A stretch of DNA of 64,000 bases, taken from NCBI GenBank assembly GCA_963752595.1, contig CAVVYZ010000001.1:288001-352000 (forward strand), in the 5' to 3' direction. This document shows positions 46,258 through 57,329 of the stretch, piece after piece. The stretch is from an uncultured delta proteobacterium. Lineage in GTDB: Bacteria > Desulfobacterota > Desulfomonilia > UBA1062. The notes beneath the pieces were generated by a model, which searched no databases, had not been told where the DNA came from, and saw only the letters and a program-made list of their open reading frames with translations. How positions within the stretch are numbered: the first letter of the stretch is position 1; each line of letters starts with the position of its first letter. The translations under genes were made by a program, and so were the position numbers.

Positions 46258-48627
46258 ATGGCCCACCTTACTTTATCCGAATGGATCAAACGCGCGGAGA
46301 ACAACCCGCGGTTCCAGGAGAACGTCAGGGCATGGAAGCACATCGAAGCCGGGGAGGCAGTATATTCGCCGTATCCCGGATGGGTGGACGAGCGGATCCG
46401 AACGGTCCTGAGGGCGCGGGGCGTGGGAAGCCTCTACAGCCACCAGGCTAAGGCAGTTGATCTCATCCGGAAGGGTAGGGACGTTGTGCTTGTCACGCCT
46501 ACCGCAAGCGGCAAGACCCTGTGTTACAACCTACCCGTGCTCCAGAAGATTCTCGAAGACGGCGAGAACCGGGCTCTCTACATGTTTCCCACCAAGGCCC
46601 TCGCCCAGGACCAGATGCACGAGGTGCACAGCCTCATCACCGACATGAAGGCCGACATCAGGACCTTCACCTATGACGGCGACACGCCGGACGACGCCCG
46701 GCAGGCCATCCGCAAGCAGGGGCACGTGGTCATCACCAATCCTGACATGCTCCATGCCGGCATCCTGCCGCACCATACCAAGTGGCAGAAGCTCTTCTCC
46801 AACCTTGCCTATGTCGTGATCGACGAGCTGCACGTCTACCGGGGCGTGTTCGGCAGCCACCTGACGAACGTGCTCAGGCGCCTGAAGCGGATCTGCAGCT
46901 TTTACGGCGCGAACCCGGTGTTCATCTGCTGCTCGGCCACGGTTGCAAACCCCAAAGAGCACGCAGAAAAACTCCTGGAAAGGGAGATGATGCTCATCGA
47001 CAAGAGCGGGGCGCCCACGGCTGCCAAGACCTTCATCCTCTACAACCCGCCCATCGTGAACCGGGAGCTGGGCATCCGCCAGTCCGCGCTCACGCCGGTG
47101 AGGACCATCGCGGGCGAGCTCATAAAAAACCACATCCAGACCATCGTGTTCACGACGAGCAGGCTCAATGTCGAGGTGATCACCAAGTACCTCAAGGACA
47201 TGTTCAAGGGCGGCAAGCCCGTGGACGACCGTTTCGTCACCGGCTACCGGGGCGGCTACCTGCCGAAGCTCCGCCGCGACATCGAGCGGGGATTAAGGGA
47301 ACGCGAGGTCATGGGCGTGGTGAGCACGAATGCGCTGGAGCTGGGCATCGATATCGGCGCACTGGAAGCCTGCATCATGGCAGGCTACCCCGGCTCCATC
47401 GCGAGCACCTGGCAGCAGGCGGGCCGCGCCGGAAGGCGCAACGGCCACAGTCTGGCCGTGCTCATCGCCCGGAGCACGCCCATGGACCAGTTCATCGTGG
47501 AGAACACCGACTACTTCTTTTCCCGCTCGCCCGAGCACTGTCGGGTCAACCCGGACAATCTCCTCATCCTTCTGCACCACATCAAGAGCGCGGCCTTCGA
47601 GCTGCCCTTCGAGAAGGGCGAGCACTTCGGCGCCGAAGACCTGGAAGAGATCCTCGGGTATCTTGAAGAAAAGGGCGTGCTCCACCGCGTGGAAGACCGC
47701 TGGCACTGGGCTGCGGAGAGCTACCCCGCCGACGAGGTGAGCCTGCGCACGGTCAACCCCGAGAACGTGGTGGTGGTGGATACCACTGATGCATCCTCCC
47801 ACCGCATCATCGCGGAGGTGGACTGGGACGGCGCGTTCACTACGGTCCACGACGGCGCGATCTACATGGTGGAGTCGCAGCAGTACCACGTGGACAAGCT
47901 CGATCTCGAGCGCAACAAGGCCTATGTGCACAAGGTGGATTCCGACTACTACACCGATGCCATGACCTACACCAACGTGCGCGTCCTCGATGAGTTCGGC
48001 GTGAAGAAGTCGGGCGGTATCATGGCGGAGCACGGCGAGGTCCAGGTGGTGCGCAAGATCGTCGGATACAAGAAGATCAAGTTCTACACCTCCGAGAACG
48101 TGGGCTACGGCGACGTGAACCTGCCCGAGCGGCAGATGCACACCACAAGCTACTGGTTTACCATCCCCTGGGACAAGCTCCTGACACTTAACTTCCGGAG
48201 GGAGGAGATCATCGACGGCCTCCTCGGCCTCTCCTACAGCCTGCACCACCTGGCCGCCATCCTGCTCATGGCCGATATCCGCGACCTCGACCGCTGCATC
48301 GGCGACAAGAGCGGCCAGTGGTACGTCCGCCACGGCAAGGACAGGCGCATCATCACCACGGCCCCGGGCGAGGTCGCCGACAGCGATACGGTCATGATAG
48401 ATGCCTATGATCCAACGGTGTTCATCTTCGATGCGTATCCGGGCGGGATAGGCTTCTCCGAGCTGCTCTTCGACCAGCACGCCACGCTCCTCAACCTGGC
48501 TGGAAACCTCATCCGCTCCTGCCCCTGCGAGCATGGATGCCCCATGTGCGTAGGCCCCGTCCTCGACGTAGGCCCTGCCGCCAAGGATGCGGCCATGGCG
48601 ATCCTCGACCTCATCCGTCAGGGTTAG
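46258..48627 (+). CDS. DEAD/DEAH-box helicase with C-terminal Zn-binding DUF1998 (MrfA/Hrq1/SftH-like)
   Basis: TPTASGKT, DELH, SAT, NALELGIDIG, QQAGRAGRR, CPCEHGCPMC. Confidence 0.9.
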   Translation: MAHLTLSEWIKRAENNPRFQENVRAWKHIEAGEAVYSPYPGWVDERIRTVLRARGVGSLYSHQAKAVDLIRKGRDVVLVTPTASGKTLCYNLPVLQKILEDGENRALYMFPTKALAQDQMHEVHSLITDMKADIRTFTYDGDTPDDARQAIRKQGHVVITNPDMLHAGILPHHTKWQKLFSNLAYVVIDELHVYRGVFGSHLTNVLRRLKRICSFYGANPVFICCSATVANPKEHAEKLLEREMMLIDKSGAPTAAKTFILYNPPIVNRELGIRQSALTPVRTIAGELIKNHIQTIVFTTSRLNVEVITKYLKDMFKGGKPVDDRFVTGYRGGYLPKLRRDIERGLREREVMGVVSTNALELGIDIGALEACIMAGYPGSIASTWQQAGRAGRRNGHSLAVLIARSTPMDQFIVENTDYFFSRSPEHCRVNPDNLLILLHHIKSAAFELPFEKGEHFGAEDLEEILGYLEEKGVLHRVEDRWHWAAESYPADEVSLRTVNPENVVVVDTTDASSHRIIAEVDWDGAFTTVHDGAIYMVESQQYHVDKLDLERNKAYVHKVDSDYYTDAMTYTNVRVLDEFGVKKSGGIMAEHGEVQVVRKIVGYKKIKFYTSENVGYGDVNLPERQMHTTSYWFTIPWDKLLTLNFRREEIIDGLLGLSYSLHHLAAILLMADIRDLDRCIGDKSGQWYVRHGKDRRIITTAPGEVADSDTVMIDAYDPTVFIFDAYPGGIGFSELLFDQHATLLNLAGNLIRSCPCEHGCPMCVGPVLDVGPAAKDAAMAILDLIRQG

Positions 48628-48634
48628 GCCTGCT

Positions 48635-49687
48635 TTACATGAAGTTGGACAGCTTGAACATGGTCAGGAAGGGCAGCGTGGGGAGCATCTCCCTGTGGGC
48701 GCCGAAGGTCTTGATCTCGGTGCCGCCGAAGCGCGATTTGGTGAAGTACAGGCCCTGGAAGTTGAATATCCGGTTGCCGTACCTGAAAAGGAGGCGGTTT
48801 ATTTTCTTCTGGAGGAACGACTCACAGGGCATGTCGCGGTCGTCCACCTTCAGGGGGCAGAGGCCGATGTTCAGGTTCTTCACGCCTTCCTGCTTGAACA
48901 CCTCCATGGCGTGGGCCATGAGCGGGTAGAAGATGCCCGGTTTGAATCTGGTGCTGAAGCGGGAGATGTTGGGCACGTAGCCGGTAATCCGGTTGTCCTC
49001 ATAGATGGGGTCGAAATAGATGAACCCGATGAGCTCACCGTTTAGATGCGCGGAGAACTTCCTCGTCTCCTCCTGGTACTCCATGTCCATGGGACGGATG
49101 AGGAAGCCGATCTCGCGGTTCCTGACCTTGCGGGTCTTCAGCCACTCACGCGTCAGGCGCCTGCACTCTTCGTGCGTGCACTTCTCGCTGATAATGACGC
49201 CTTCCTTTATGGCATGGTTCACCGATGTCCTCAGGATCTGCTTTTTCTTACCCTTGAGGTCCCAGTTTTCGAGATCCAGCATGATCTCGATGCCGAACTG
49301 GGTGGCATAGAGGCCGAATCTTTTATGGATCAGCTCGGCCACATCCTGGGAGAGCTGGACAAAGGTCGTATGTTTGTGATCCTTGAGGAGATCCCTGAGC
49401 AGGAACTCCCGGTCTTTAACCGCGCACACCGGGTCGGCGATGGTGAGCCTTTTGCCCCACTTTTCCCGGAAGGCGATGAAGCCGATGTCCGGGACGTCGA
49501 AGTAGTGCATATCGGGCTGGAGCGTCGAGAACGACATGCAGTGGCTGCCGTACTTGCGCAGGAACGCGAGCCTCTCTTCCAGGGAAAAGAGATCGACCCC
49601 TCCCCTCATCCTGGAGCGGAAAGGGTCGATGGAAACAACGTTATCCGGTGTTTCGGCGAGCGGTTTCAGATATGCTACCGTACCCAT
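48635..49687 (-). CDS. Soluble DUF2156 / MprF C-terminal-like (tRNA-dependent aminoacyltransferase fold) protein
   Basis: ADPVC, LKGKK..LR..VN, LNIGLCPL, FNFQGLYFTKSRF; no transmembrane region. Confidence 0.75.
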   Translation of the reverse strand: MGTVAYLKPLAETPDNVVSIDPFRSRMRGGVDLFSLEERLAFLRKYGSHCMSFSTLQPDMHYFDVPDIGFIAFREKWGKRLTIADPVCAVKDREFLLRDLLKDHKHTTFVQLSQDVAELIHKRFGLYATQFGIEIMLDLENWDLKGKKKQILRTSVNHAIKEGVIISEKCTHEECRRLTREWLKTRKVRNREIGFLIRPMDMEYQEETRKFSAHLNGELIGFIYFDPIYEDNRITGYVPNISRFSTRFKPGIFYPLMAHAMEVFKQEGVKNLNIGLCPLKVDDRDMPCESFLQKKINRLLFRYGNRIFNFQGLYFTKSRFGGTEIKTFGAHREMLPTLPFLTMFKLSNFM

Positions 49688-49713
49688 ATATGCGCACTCC
49701 TTTTTTCAAAGAC

Positions 49714-51321
49714 TCAACGGTTCTTTCCCAGGCGCTCGTGGCTCGTGACCCAGTCGAGCGACGCGATTGCGCCGGCCAACGAGATCTCTCCTGCCGTTGC
49801 CGCAGCGGTCACGATCTCTGCGAACTTCAAGGCCTTGCCCTGACCATAGCACCCCAGCGACTCAAGGCACTCCCGCTGGGTGGGAAGCCCGGTGCCTCCT
49901 CCGTAGGTCGCAACGATCAGCGCGGGGAGCGTCAATGACCCATAGAAGTCGCCCTCGGGGGTGACCTCGGTGCAGACCATGCCGGAAGACGACTCGGACA
50001 CGTTGGCCACGTCCTGGCCCGTTGCCATGAAGATGGCTGCCAGGGCATTTGCCGCATGGAGTCCGTTGCTCACGGCACCTCCCATGAAGGCGCCGAGCTG
50101 GCATGCCCTGCAGAGGTAGTCGAGCGTCACGGGGTCCACCCTCATATGCTGGATCATGACCTCCCGCGGGATGCGGATCTCGCCGATGACCCGCTTGCCC
50201 CGGGTAGTGAGGTTGTTGATGAAGGAAGCCTTTTTGTCGGTGGAAATGTTGCCGTCCATGTAGAAGTGCCGGACCGTGTCCATCTGGGAGAGGATCCAGT
50301 TGCAGGCCGTGTAGGTGCACATGCTCACCATGTTCTGGCCCGCGGCATCGCCGGTGAAGTAGTTGAAGCGCAGGTATACGAGCCTGCTCGCCATGTAGCG
50401 GTCGATGCTGAGCAGCTTCGCCACCTTTGAGGCGGATTCGGCGCGCTGCCTGATCTCGTTCATGTGCGCATCGATCCAGAGCATGAAGTCCCGGCCTTCC
50501 CGGGCCGAGTCAAAGGCAAAGGCAGGGGAACGCTGCATGCGGTCCTCGATCACGGTGACCTTGACGCCCCCGCACATGTTGATGAGCTTCATTCCCCGGT
50601 TGTAGGATGCTACCAGGGTCCCTTCGCTCGTGCACATGGGGATGAGGAACTCGCCTTTCGCGTGCTCGCCGTTGACCAGGAGCGGGCCGGCAAAACCCAG
50701 CGGGATCTGTGCCACGCCGGTGAAGTTCTCGATATTGCCCTTGGTGACGACAGGGTCGAAGGAGTACTGCTTCACGTGGTTGAGAAGCGAGCCGGTGTAT
50801 TCCTCCACAAAATCCTGCCGCTGACGGACGATGTCCATGTTGTAGTTATCCAGCTTGTCGTACGGCATCTTCTTCCGGCTTGCCCTCGTCTCGATGACCG
50901 AATCTTTGGCCTCCAGGGCAAGCGATCCGTACAGGTCGGTGTCCAAGGAGATGCTGATGCTGTGCTCTACGCTTTTTGTCAGAGAGACCGAGCCCACATG
51001 GAATTCGACGTCCTCGCCCATGGGGAAGAGAAGGGGCCGTTCCGGGCCGATCTCGTCAGCCTTCAGGCACACCCCGCCGCTTCGCATGAGAATGTTTGAC
51101 AAAGGGATTTCGAGGCCGTTGATGGATATGCCCGGAAGCCCGATGATGAGGGCGTCCTTCATGGGGTTCTTCATGGCAAAGGACACGCCGTCTTCGAGAT
51201 TCTTCAGACTCCCGATGGAATAGATCTTCTTCATGATGAGCGGGGTTATGACGATATGGCTCCCGGCATCGGTTGCCTTGCGGACCAGCACGAGCCCTGG
51301 CTCTTTCGGAACATTTCCCAT
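49714..51321 (-). CDS. Class I-like HMG-CoA reductase with an extra N-terminal domain
   Basis: NIENFTG, TSEGTLVASYNRG, GDAAGQNM, TDKK, TGQDVAN, GGGTGL, SHERLG. Confidence 0.88.
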   Translation of the reverse strand: MGNVPKEPGLVLVRKATDAGSHIVITPLIMKKIYSIGSLKNLEDGVSFAMKNPMKDALIIGLPGISINGLEIPLSNILMRSGGVCLKADEIGPERPLLFPMGEDVEFHVGSVSLTKSVEHSISISLDTDLYGSLALEAKDSVIETRASRKKMPYDKLDNYNMDIVRQRQDFVEEYTGSLLNHVKQYSFDPVVTKGNIENFTGVAQIPLGFAGPLLVNGEHAKGEFLIPMCTSEGTLVASYNRGMKLINMCGGVKVTVIEDRMQRSPAFAFDSAREGRDFMLWIDAHMNEIRQRAESASKVAKLLSIDRYMASRLVYLRFNYFTGDAAGQNMVSMCTYTACNWILSQMDTVRHFYMDGNISTDKKASFINNLTTRGKRVIGEIRIPREVMIQHMRVDPVTLDYLCRACQLGAFMGGAVSNGLHAANALAAIFMATGQDVANVSESSSGMVCTEVTPEGDFYGSLTLPALIVATYGGGTGLPTQRECLESLGCYGQGKALKFAEIVTAAATAGEISLAGAIASLDWVTSHERLGKNR

Positions 51322-51410
51322 AGGAACATCCTTTCTTTGGAAACTTATAGGATAATTACAGCCGGACATACCGTTTCAATTGAGGGTAAGCAGGCCGAAG
51401 AAAATATTTA

Positions 51411-51425
51411 ACAAGAATCATGCCA
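51411..51425 (-). promoter_or_regulatory. Possible sigma54 promoter
   Basis: Minus strand TGGCATG-ATTC-TTGT against consensus TGGCACG-N4-TTGC, ~90 bp upstream of the reductase start. Confidence 0.4.
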
Positions 51426-51720
51426 GGGATGGGGGGCCGGTAATGGGCCGATTACCTCATGTAAATACAGTACCTAACGATAACTAGTGTGATAAGACGA
51501 ACGTGCTATGATATGTTCATGAGCATTTATTTTCCCTTTTTGGGAACTATATTTCTTTTTGTGTAGCGATAGGGCAGTAATTGATTGCCAATACAGGCAC
51601 TTAGGGGAGCATAAACCATACGCCATCCTTTAGGCGAGCTTCGGTGCTGTCCAGCCTTCACCCCGCAGATGGGGGGGCAGCGCCATGGACATCGCCGTAT
51701 AAAACCCGGTCTTTCATCTC

Positions 51721-52302
51721 TTATTGGTCTTCGACCTTCACAAGCTTTTTCCCCAGCTCCTCGGCTGCTTCCATGACCGCCGCGTTCTTCCCGATCTCGC
51801 CTGCCTTCATGGCGCTGCCGTAGACAAAGCCCACGATCTTTGAGCCCACATAGGCATAGGCATCCTGGAAGGTCCTCAGGGCATTGACGCAGCCCGAGTC
51901 AAAAGGATCCTCTCCGCCATAGGACATGGCGATGGCGATCCTCTTGTTTGAAAACGGGTCTTCCGCATAGGCGGGGAAAGCAAAGGAGCGGTCCATCCAG
52001 ATCTTGGTCTGGGCGGACATGGTAAACCAGTAGACAGGGCTTGCAATGACCCAGGCATCGGCCTCGATCATCTTCGGGTAGAGGTCCTGCATCTCGTCGT
52101 CGGTTGCGCACCCTGTGCTGCCCGGCCCCTGGCATGCATAGCACGACTTGCAGGGCTCAATCTTCATGCCGTGGAGGAAGACGGTCGTCACCTGCGCCCC
52201 TTCCGACTGAGCGCCTTTGGCGATTTGTCCGGCCAGAAGCGCGCTGTTACCATCTTTTCTCGGGCTGCCAAGCAGGACCAGGACTTTCTTTTTACTCTTC
52301 AT
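51721..52302 (-). CDS. Iron-sulfur flavoprotein (flavodoxin-like FMN reductase)
   Basis: GSPRKDGNS, CKSCYAC...C, ASPVYW. Confidence 0.88.
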   Translation of the reverse strand: MKSKKKVLVLLGSPRKDGNSALLAGQIAKGAQSEGAQVTTVFLHGMKIEPCKSCYACQGPGSTGCATDDEMQDLYPKMIEADAWVIASPVYWFTMSAQTKIWMDRSFAFPAYAEDPFSNKRIAIAMSYGGEDPFDSGCVNALRTFQDAYAYVGSKIVGFVYGSAMKAGEIGKNAAVMEAAEELGKKLVKVEDQ

Positions 52303-52335
52303 TGTTCAAAGCTCCTTATAGAGTAGTAATAGAGT

Positions 52336-53421
52336 CTATTTATACCTGCTGAAGTCCACGCCCCTCATGCGGCTCCTCTCATCGGACCAGTCATTTTCGG
52401 TGACAGGCGGGATTACCCTTTCTTCGGGGCTCTTATGGATAAGCCGGATGGCTTCAGCCGGGCAGGTGGTAACGCACAGGCCGCACCCGATGCACCGCTT
52501 CCGGGTCACCGTGTAGGTGCCGTCCGTCTCGGCAATAGCCTGTACCTGGCAGCGCTCGTCCGCACAGAGGCCGCAGCCCAAGCACAGCTCCTGGTCGATC
52601 TCGGCATGGTAGTGAGAGTTGATCACGTCTCCTGCCGGGATGCCCAGCTCGTTGATGGAACGAAGCGGCCCGCAGCAGCACTTGCAGCAGTTGCAGATAT
52701 AGAACCGGCCGTTCTGGACGTTGCTCGTGAGATGTACGAGACCGAGCTCCTCGGTCTTTTTCAGCAGTGCATATGCCTCTTCCTTCGTGATCACCCGGCC
52801 GATGGGCGAGTGGTCGAAAATGCCGGGCACCGGTGCCATGGCGAGGCAAACTTCCAGCGGCCTGTCGCATGGCTTGCCGAGCAGTGCGCGCTCTTTCTTG
52901 CAGATACATTCGTTCACCATGAATGCCTTGTTCTGCTCGATCAGGGCCGAGACCCTCTCGAAGGGCAGGCTCTCATGCCGGACCGTGATGGTCTCCTCGA
53001 TGGGAAGCGTCTGCATGAGCTGGGGTTTCCGGGTGAAGAAGTCGCGGGCAAAATCAGTCCCGTATTCTTCGTTCAGTTCTGCAAGTTCTTTGTCGATGCG
53101 GCCGAGCTGGAATTCAAAGACACCGAACACCCAGGGCAGCATCTTGAAAAGCCAGGTGTCTCCCAGCTGGATGGCGAAGAGCTGCCCCTTTCTGCCCATG
53201 GAGATGAGCTTGTACTCGAGGCTTTCCACCGGCCTGCCCGTGCGTTCCGAAACCTGGGGAGCGGTTTCGAAGCTCATCCGCATGTCGCAGAAAAGCTCGG
53301 CCTCGTCGGGCTCGAAGATCTTTTTGAGGATCCTGATCTCGACGCCGCTTTCCGTGGAAGGGAACCCATTGGGCAGGGTATCAAGGACCTTTGCCAGCCG
53401 CCTGTATATCTCATCGCTCAT
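52336..53421 (-). CDS. 4Fe-4S binding protein with N-terminal HTH-like region
   Basis: CICK, ICNCCKCCC, CLGCGLC, CIGCGLCVTTCP. Confidence 0.85.
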   Translation of the reverse strand: MSDEIYRRLAKVLDTLPNGFPSTESGVEIRILKKIFEPDEAELFCDMRMSFETAPQVSERTGRPVESLEYKLISMGRKGQLFAIQLGDTWLFKMLPWVFGVFEFQLGRIDKELAELNEEYGTDFARDFFTRKPQLMQTLPIEETITVRHESLPFERVSALIEQNKAFMVNECICKKERALLGKPCDRPLEVCLAMAPVPGIFDHSPIGRVITKEEAYALLKKTEELGLVHLTSNVQNGRFYICNCCKCCCGPLRSINELGIPAGDVINSHYHAEIDQELCLGCGLCADERCQVQAIAETDGTYTVTRKRCIGCGLCVTTCPAEAIRLIHKSPEERVIPPVTENDWSDERSRMRGVDFSRYK

Positions 53422-53639
53422 GCATGCACCTCCGTGAACAAAAGCATACTCCTAGACGCATCCGGGAGGAAGTTTCCGGACATTGAGTTTTATTGATCTT
53501 TCCCCTATATATGAGACCCTATATCTAGGACAACTGTTTTCCTTACCCGAAAATGATGACCCATTTTTGGATATTGGGATTCAAGGGATGAAACGCTATA
53601 GATATCTGTAAGGAATTCACAGGGAGAAGGAGAGGTATC

Positions 53640-54014
53640 ATGGATGCGACCAATAAAAACAAAGAGCGCACGTGGACCATGCTCTGCCACCTGTCGGCGC
53701 TGATCGTGCTCCTGGGCATACCGTTCGGGAACATTTTAGGGCCTTTCATCGTGTGGCTCTTCAAGAAAAACGAGTACCCCGCCGTAGACATGCAGGGCAG
53801 GGAATCCATGAACTTTCAGATGTCCATGACGATTTATGCCGGAATCGCCCTCATCCTTGCCATAGTGCTCACTCCGGTCCTGATCGGGTTCGTCTTCTAC
53901 CCCGTAGTGGGGATCATAGCCCTTGCGGACATCATCCTGACGATCATCGCAACTGTTAAGGCAAGCGATACCATCCCTTACCATTACCCGCTCACCATCA
54001 GGGTAATAAATTAA
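53640..54014 (+). CDS. DUF4870 family membrane protein
   Basis: ERTWTMLCHLS, GPFIVWL, ESMNFQ, YHYPLTIR. Confidence 0.85.
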   Translation: MDATNKNKERTWTMLCHLSALIVLLGIPFGNILGPFIVWLFKKNEYPAVDMQGRESMNFQMSMTIYAGIALILAIVLTPVLIGFVFYPVVGIIALADIILTIIATVKASDTIPYHYPLTIRVIN

Positions 54015-54083
54015 AATCGGTAAGATGCATGCAATGCAGTGCCGGTGTGACAGAGAAAGGCGCCGACCGCCTGTCTATGCCGG

Positions 54084-57068
54084 TTACGCTGCATCGAGCA
54101 CGTACCTGATCTTTTCGGTCAGGGCCTGGATGGAGAACGGCTTATGGATGAAGTGTACGCCCTTTTCAAGAATGCCGTGGTGAGCGATCACGTTGCCGGT
54201 ATACCCTGACATGTAGAGGACCTTCATGTCCGGGTAATGCTTCCTGATGCGCTCATAGAGCTGCTTGCCGTTCATTCCCGGCATGATGACATCGGTGAGC
54301 ATGAGGTGGATGGGACCATCTTTGCGTTCGAGAATCTCGATGAATTCTTCCGCAGTTGCTGCAGTAATGATATGATATCCGTGTTTCCGGAGGATCTCGC
54401 AGGTGAGGTCTCTTACCCCCTCGTCATCCTCTGCCACGATAATGGTTTCTTTGCCGTGTTTGCCTTTTCCGATGTCCGCCTTGTCGGGGATTCTCTCAAT
54501 CTCGCCTTCCACTCTCGGCAGGTAAATCTTGAAGGTAGAGCCTATGCCGGGCTCGCTGTAGACCGTAATATGTCCTTTGTGCTGAAGCACGATCCCGTAC
54601 ACCGTGGCCAGGCCCAGGCCAGTGCCTTTGCCGCGGTCCTTGGTGGTGAAGAAGGGCTCGAACATGTGGCCAAGGGTCTTTTTGTCCATGCCCGTGCCGT
54701 TATCGCTGAAGCACAGTATGACATACTCGCCGGGCTTTGTTCCCTGGTGTGACGCCGAATACGCCTCGTCCAGAACGATCACAGAGGTCTCGATGGTGAT
54801 TGCCCCGCCGCCCGGCATCGCATCCTGTGCATTCAGGGCAAGGTTCAGGATAATCTGGCCGATCTGGGATGTATCGATCTGGACTCCGGATACGGCTTGG
54901 CCGGTCATGATCCTGATCTCGATATCCTCCCTGATGGTTCTCCTGACCATCTTGCTGTAGCTCTCGATCACCTCGTTCAAATCCACGGTTTTCATGTCGA
55001 GCACCTGCTTGCTGCCGAAGGCGAGAAGCTGTTTGGTAAGATTTCTCGCCCTGTCTGCTGCAGACAGGATCTGGAAGAGGCCGTGATAATGGGGGTCGTC
55101 TTCCGCCATGCTCTGGAGAATCATCTCCGCATATCCGAGTATGGGTGCGAGCATGTTGTTGAGGTCGTGGGCAACTCCTCCCGCAAGCTGCCCGATAACC
55201 TCCATCTTCTGTGCATGCCTCAGCTGGCCTTCCATCCTGATCTCATCCGAGATGTCCCGGGCCATGCTGATGAGCGCGACCGGGCTGCCCTTCCGGTCCT
55301 TCAAGATAAAGGCGGTCGTCAGTGCCGTGAATACTGTGCCGTCTTTCCTCAGGTGGCCCATTTTCGTGGTATCACCCCCAAGCAGCTTCACCTGCCCGAT
55401 GAAAGGGGTAACCTCGCCCTGATACTGGCTTTCGCTGTGGAAGATGTTTAAGTGCTTTCCCTTGAGCTCGTCCGGGGTATATCCGTGCATCCTGGCCCAG
55501 GCAGGATTTGCATAGGTAACTATGCCGTCTAGGTCGGTCATGGCGATGCCGTCATGCGACTGCTCGATGGTCTCGCCCTGGCGCAGGAGTATCTCTTCGG
55601 ATTGCTTGCGCTCGGTGATGTCCCGGATGCATTCGATTGCACCGGCTACGTTCCCCGAGCTGTCGTAGAGCTTTGCAGCTACGGACCAGAGATATGCCCC
55701 CTTATTCCCGTAGAGTTTCGGGGCAAAGGTTTCCACGAACAACTTGTCGCCGATCTTATGGAGAAGGTCGTACCTCTTGAATATCTCTTCCCCCGGCGAA
55801 AGCAGCAGATCCAGGAGGAGGGGCTGCGCTTCCCCATAAAAGGGGACGGCATATGCATAGTCTCCTTTGCCGATGATTTCTTCCTTACGAACGCCGGTCA
55901 TGTCTTCTATGGCATGGTTCCAGGCAATGACTTTCCCTTCGGCGCCGACGGCAAAGGTTGGGTCCGGAAGGAAATCGATGATATCGGACATCCTTTGCTC
56001 GGATTCTTTGAGGGTGTGCTCCCGCTCGACAAGCTTTCCGATCAGGGAGCTGAACTCCCGTGAAAGGGTGCCGAGCTCGTCGCTCCGGGTAATCAGGTGA
56101 TCTTCTACCCGGTCAGCCCCCTTGCCTATGGCGAGGATATTGTTGGTGAGCTTTGTCACCGGTCTCAGGATCAGGAACTGGAGGAGTCCTCCGGCAACGA
56201 TCAGGAGAGCGATTCCCCCCCCGAGGATGAACATGAGTCCATATGCATAGGCTCGTGCTCCTTTTGCCATAATCTCTCGAGGGATGGATGCCCTGAGCAC
56301 GAAGGCCGGGCTGCCTCCGATATCCTCTATGAGCGAGTAGGCAATGAGCTTGTATATCCCTTCTTCTTCAAGGATCACCTTTCCGGCTGGAGGGATAACC
56401 GTGCCGGAGCCCGAGTGGCCGTATTTATTCGAATCCGAACTGTAGCCGCTCAGCTCGATATTCACCTGGTCTGCGATCTGCACGATCACATCCTGATTGA
56501 GGAACCGCCCCATGAGGATGGCGCCCCTGCTCGGGCCTTTGACCTCAGAGGTCAGAATCGGGTTCGAGGAGATCATCAGGGGGCCGTATGCGGTTTGGAT
56601 GATCCCCGTAGTCGATCTGTTCTCGTCACGCTGGGAGATGAGCTTGGAAAACACGTCCGGTCTGAGCTCGATGGAGAGGTCGAGAGGGATTTCCCTCCCG
56701 GTTTTCAGATCATAGGTTTTCCCCCCTACGAGGTTGCCTTTCAGGTTATAGATATGGATAAGGTTGAGCTTCTGGTCCCTGAAAATCTCCCACTGCAGGT
56801 TGGCATCCTGGAATTTTGAATTTCCGTCCCGGACGAACCGGTAGGTATCATCCCAGGCAGCCCAGTCGTGGACGAACCTGTCCAGGAGGCCCAGTTCGCG
56901 GTTGAGGGCAGCCGTGCAGCGGTTCATGTCCTTTTCCGCGTCCATCCTGTCGAGATCGATGAAGCTCTGGAGAATCACGAGCCGGAAAACGACGTAGTAT
57001 GAGAATGTCACTGTAAGTACAACGGAGACAAGGATGATGAGTATCTTTCCCTTAAGCTGCATCTTCAC
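54084..57068 (-). CDS. Hybrid sensor kinase (CHASE4-HAMP-PAS-PAS-HisKA-HATPase-REC)
   Basis: DWAAWDDTY (CHASE4), [32 protein letters not shown]. Confidence 0.92.
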   Translation of the reverse strand: MKMQLKGKILIILVSVVLTVTFSYYVVFRLVILQSFIDLDRMDAEKDMNRCTAALNRELGLLDRFVHDWAAWDDTYRFVRDGNSKFQDANLQWEIFRDQKLNLIHIYNLKGNLVGGKTYDLKTGREIPLDLSIELRPDVFSKLISQRDENRSTTGIIQTAYGPLMISSNPILTSEVKGPSRGAILMGRFLNQDVIVQIADQVNIELSGYSSDSNKYGHSGSGTVIPPAGKVILEEEGIYKLIAYSLIEDIGGSPAFVLRASIPREIMAKGARAYAYGLMFILGGGIALLIVAGGLLQFLILRPVTKLTNNILAIGKGADRVEDHLITRSDELGTLSREFSSLIGKLVEREHTLKESEQRMSDIIDFLPDPTFAVGAEGKVIAWNHAIEDMTGVRKEEIIGKGDYAYAVPFYGEAQPLLLDLLLSPGEEIFKRYDLLHKIGDKLFVETFAPKLYGNKGAYLWSVAAKLYDSSGNVAGAIECIRDITERKQSEEILLRQGETIEQSHDGIAMTDLDGIVTYANPAWARMHGYTPDELKGKHLNIFHSESQYQGEVTPFIGQVKLLGGDTTKMGHLRKDGTVFTALTTAFILKDRKGSPVALISMARDISDEIRMEGQLRHAQKMEVIGQLAGGVAHDLNNMLAPILGYAEMILQSMAEDDPHYHGLFQILSAADRARNLTKQLLAFGSKQVLDMKTVDLNEVIESYSKMVRRTIREDIEIRIMTGQAVSGVQIDTSQIGQIILNLALNAQDAMPGGGAITIETSVIVLDEAYSASHQGTKPGEYVILCFSDNGTGMDKKTLGHMFEPFFTTKDRGKGTGLGLATVYGIVLQHKGHITVYSEPGIGSTFKIYLPRVEGEIERIPDKADIGKGKHGKETIIVAEDDEGVRDLTCEILRKHGYHIITAATAEEFIEILERKDGPIHLMLTDVIMPGMNGKQLYERIRKHYPDMKVLYMSGYTGNVIAHHGILEKGVHFIHKPFSIQALTEKIRYVLDAA

Positions 57069-57329
57069 TTTCCAATGAATGAACTGTTCGTGCCGTAAAA
57101 CATCTGTTGTGAAATCTCTGCCCTTTCCTGCAGGTTGCGCAGGAAGACCGTGCGTTCCCCATACTACCTTTCGGATTATGAGAGAGAAATCTTCAATAAT
57201 CAGTGAGACTATTCAATATCTTGGGTTTGCTGTCCCGGAGGTGATGCACGCAAAGGGAACAGGAAGGGCTTGACAGGCAGGCCAAGCTCGATCCATTGTC
57301 TATATCGACCATTTTCCAATGTAACGATC

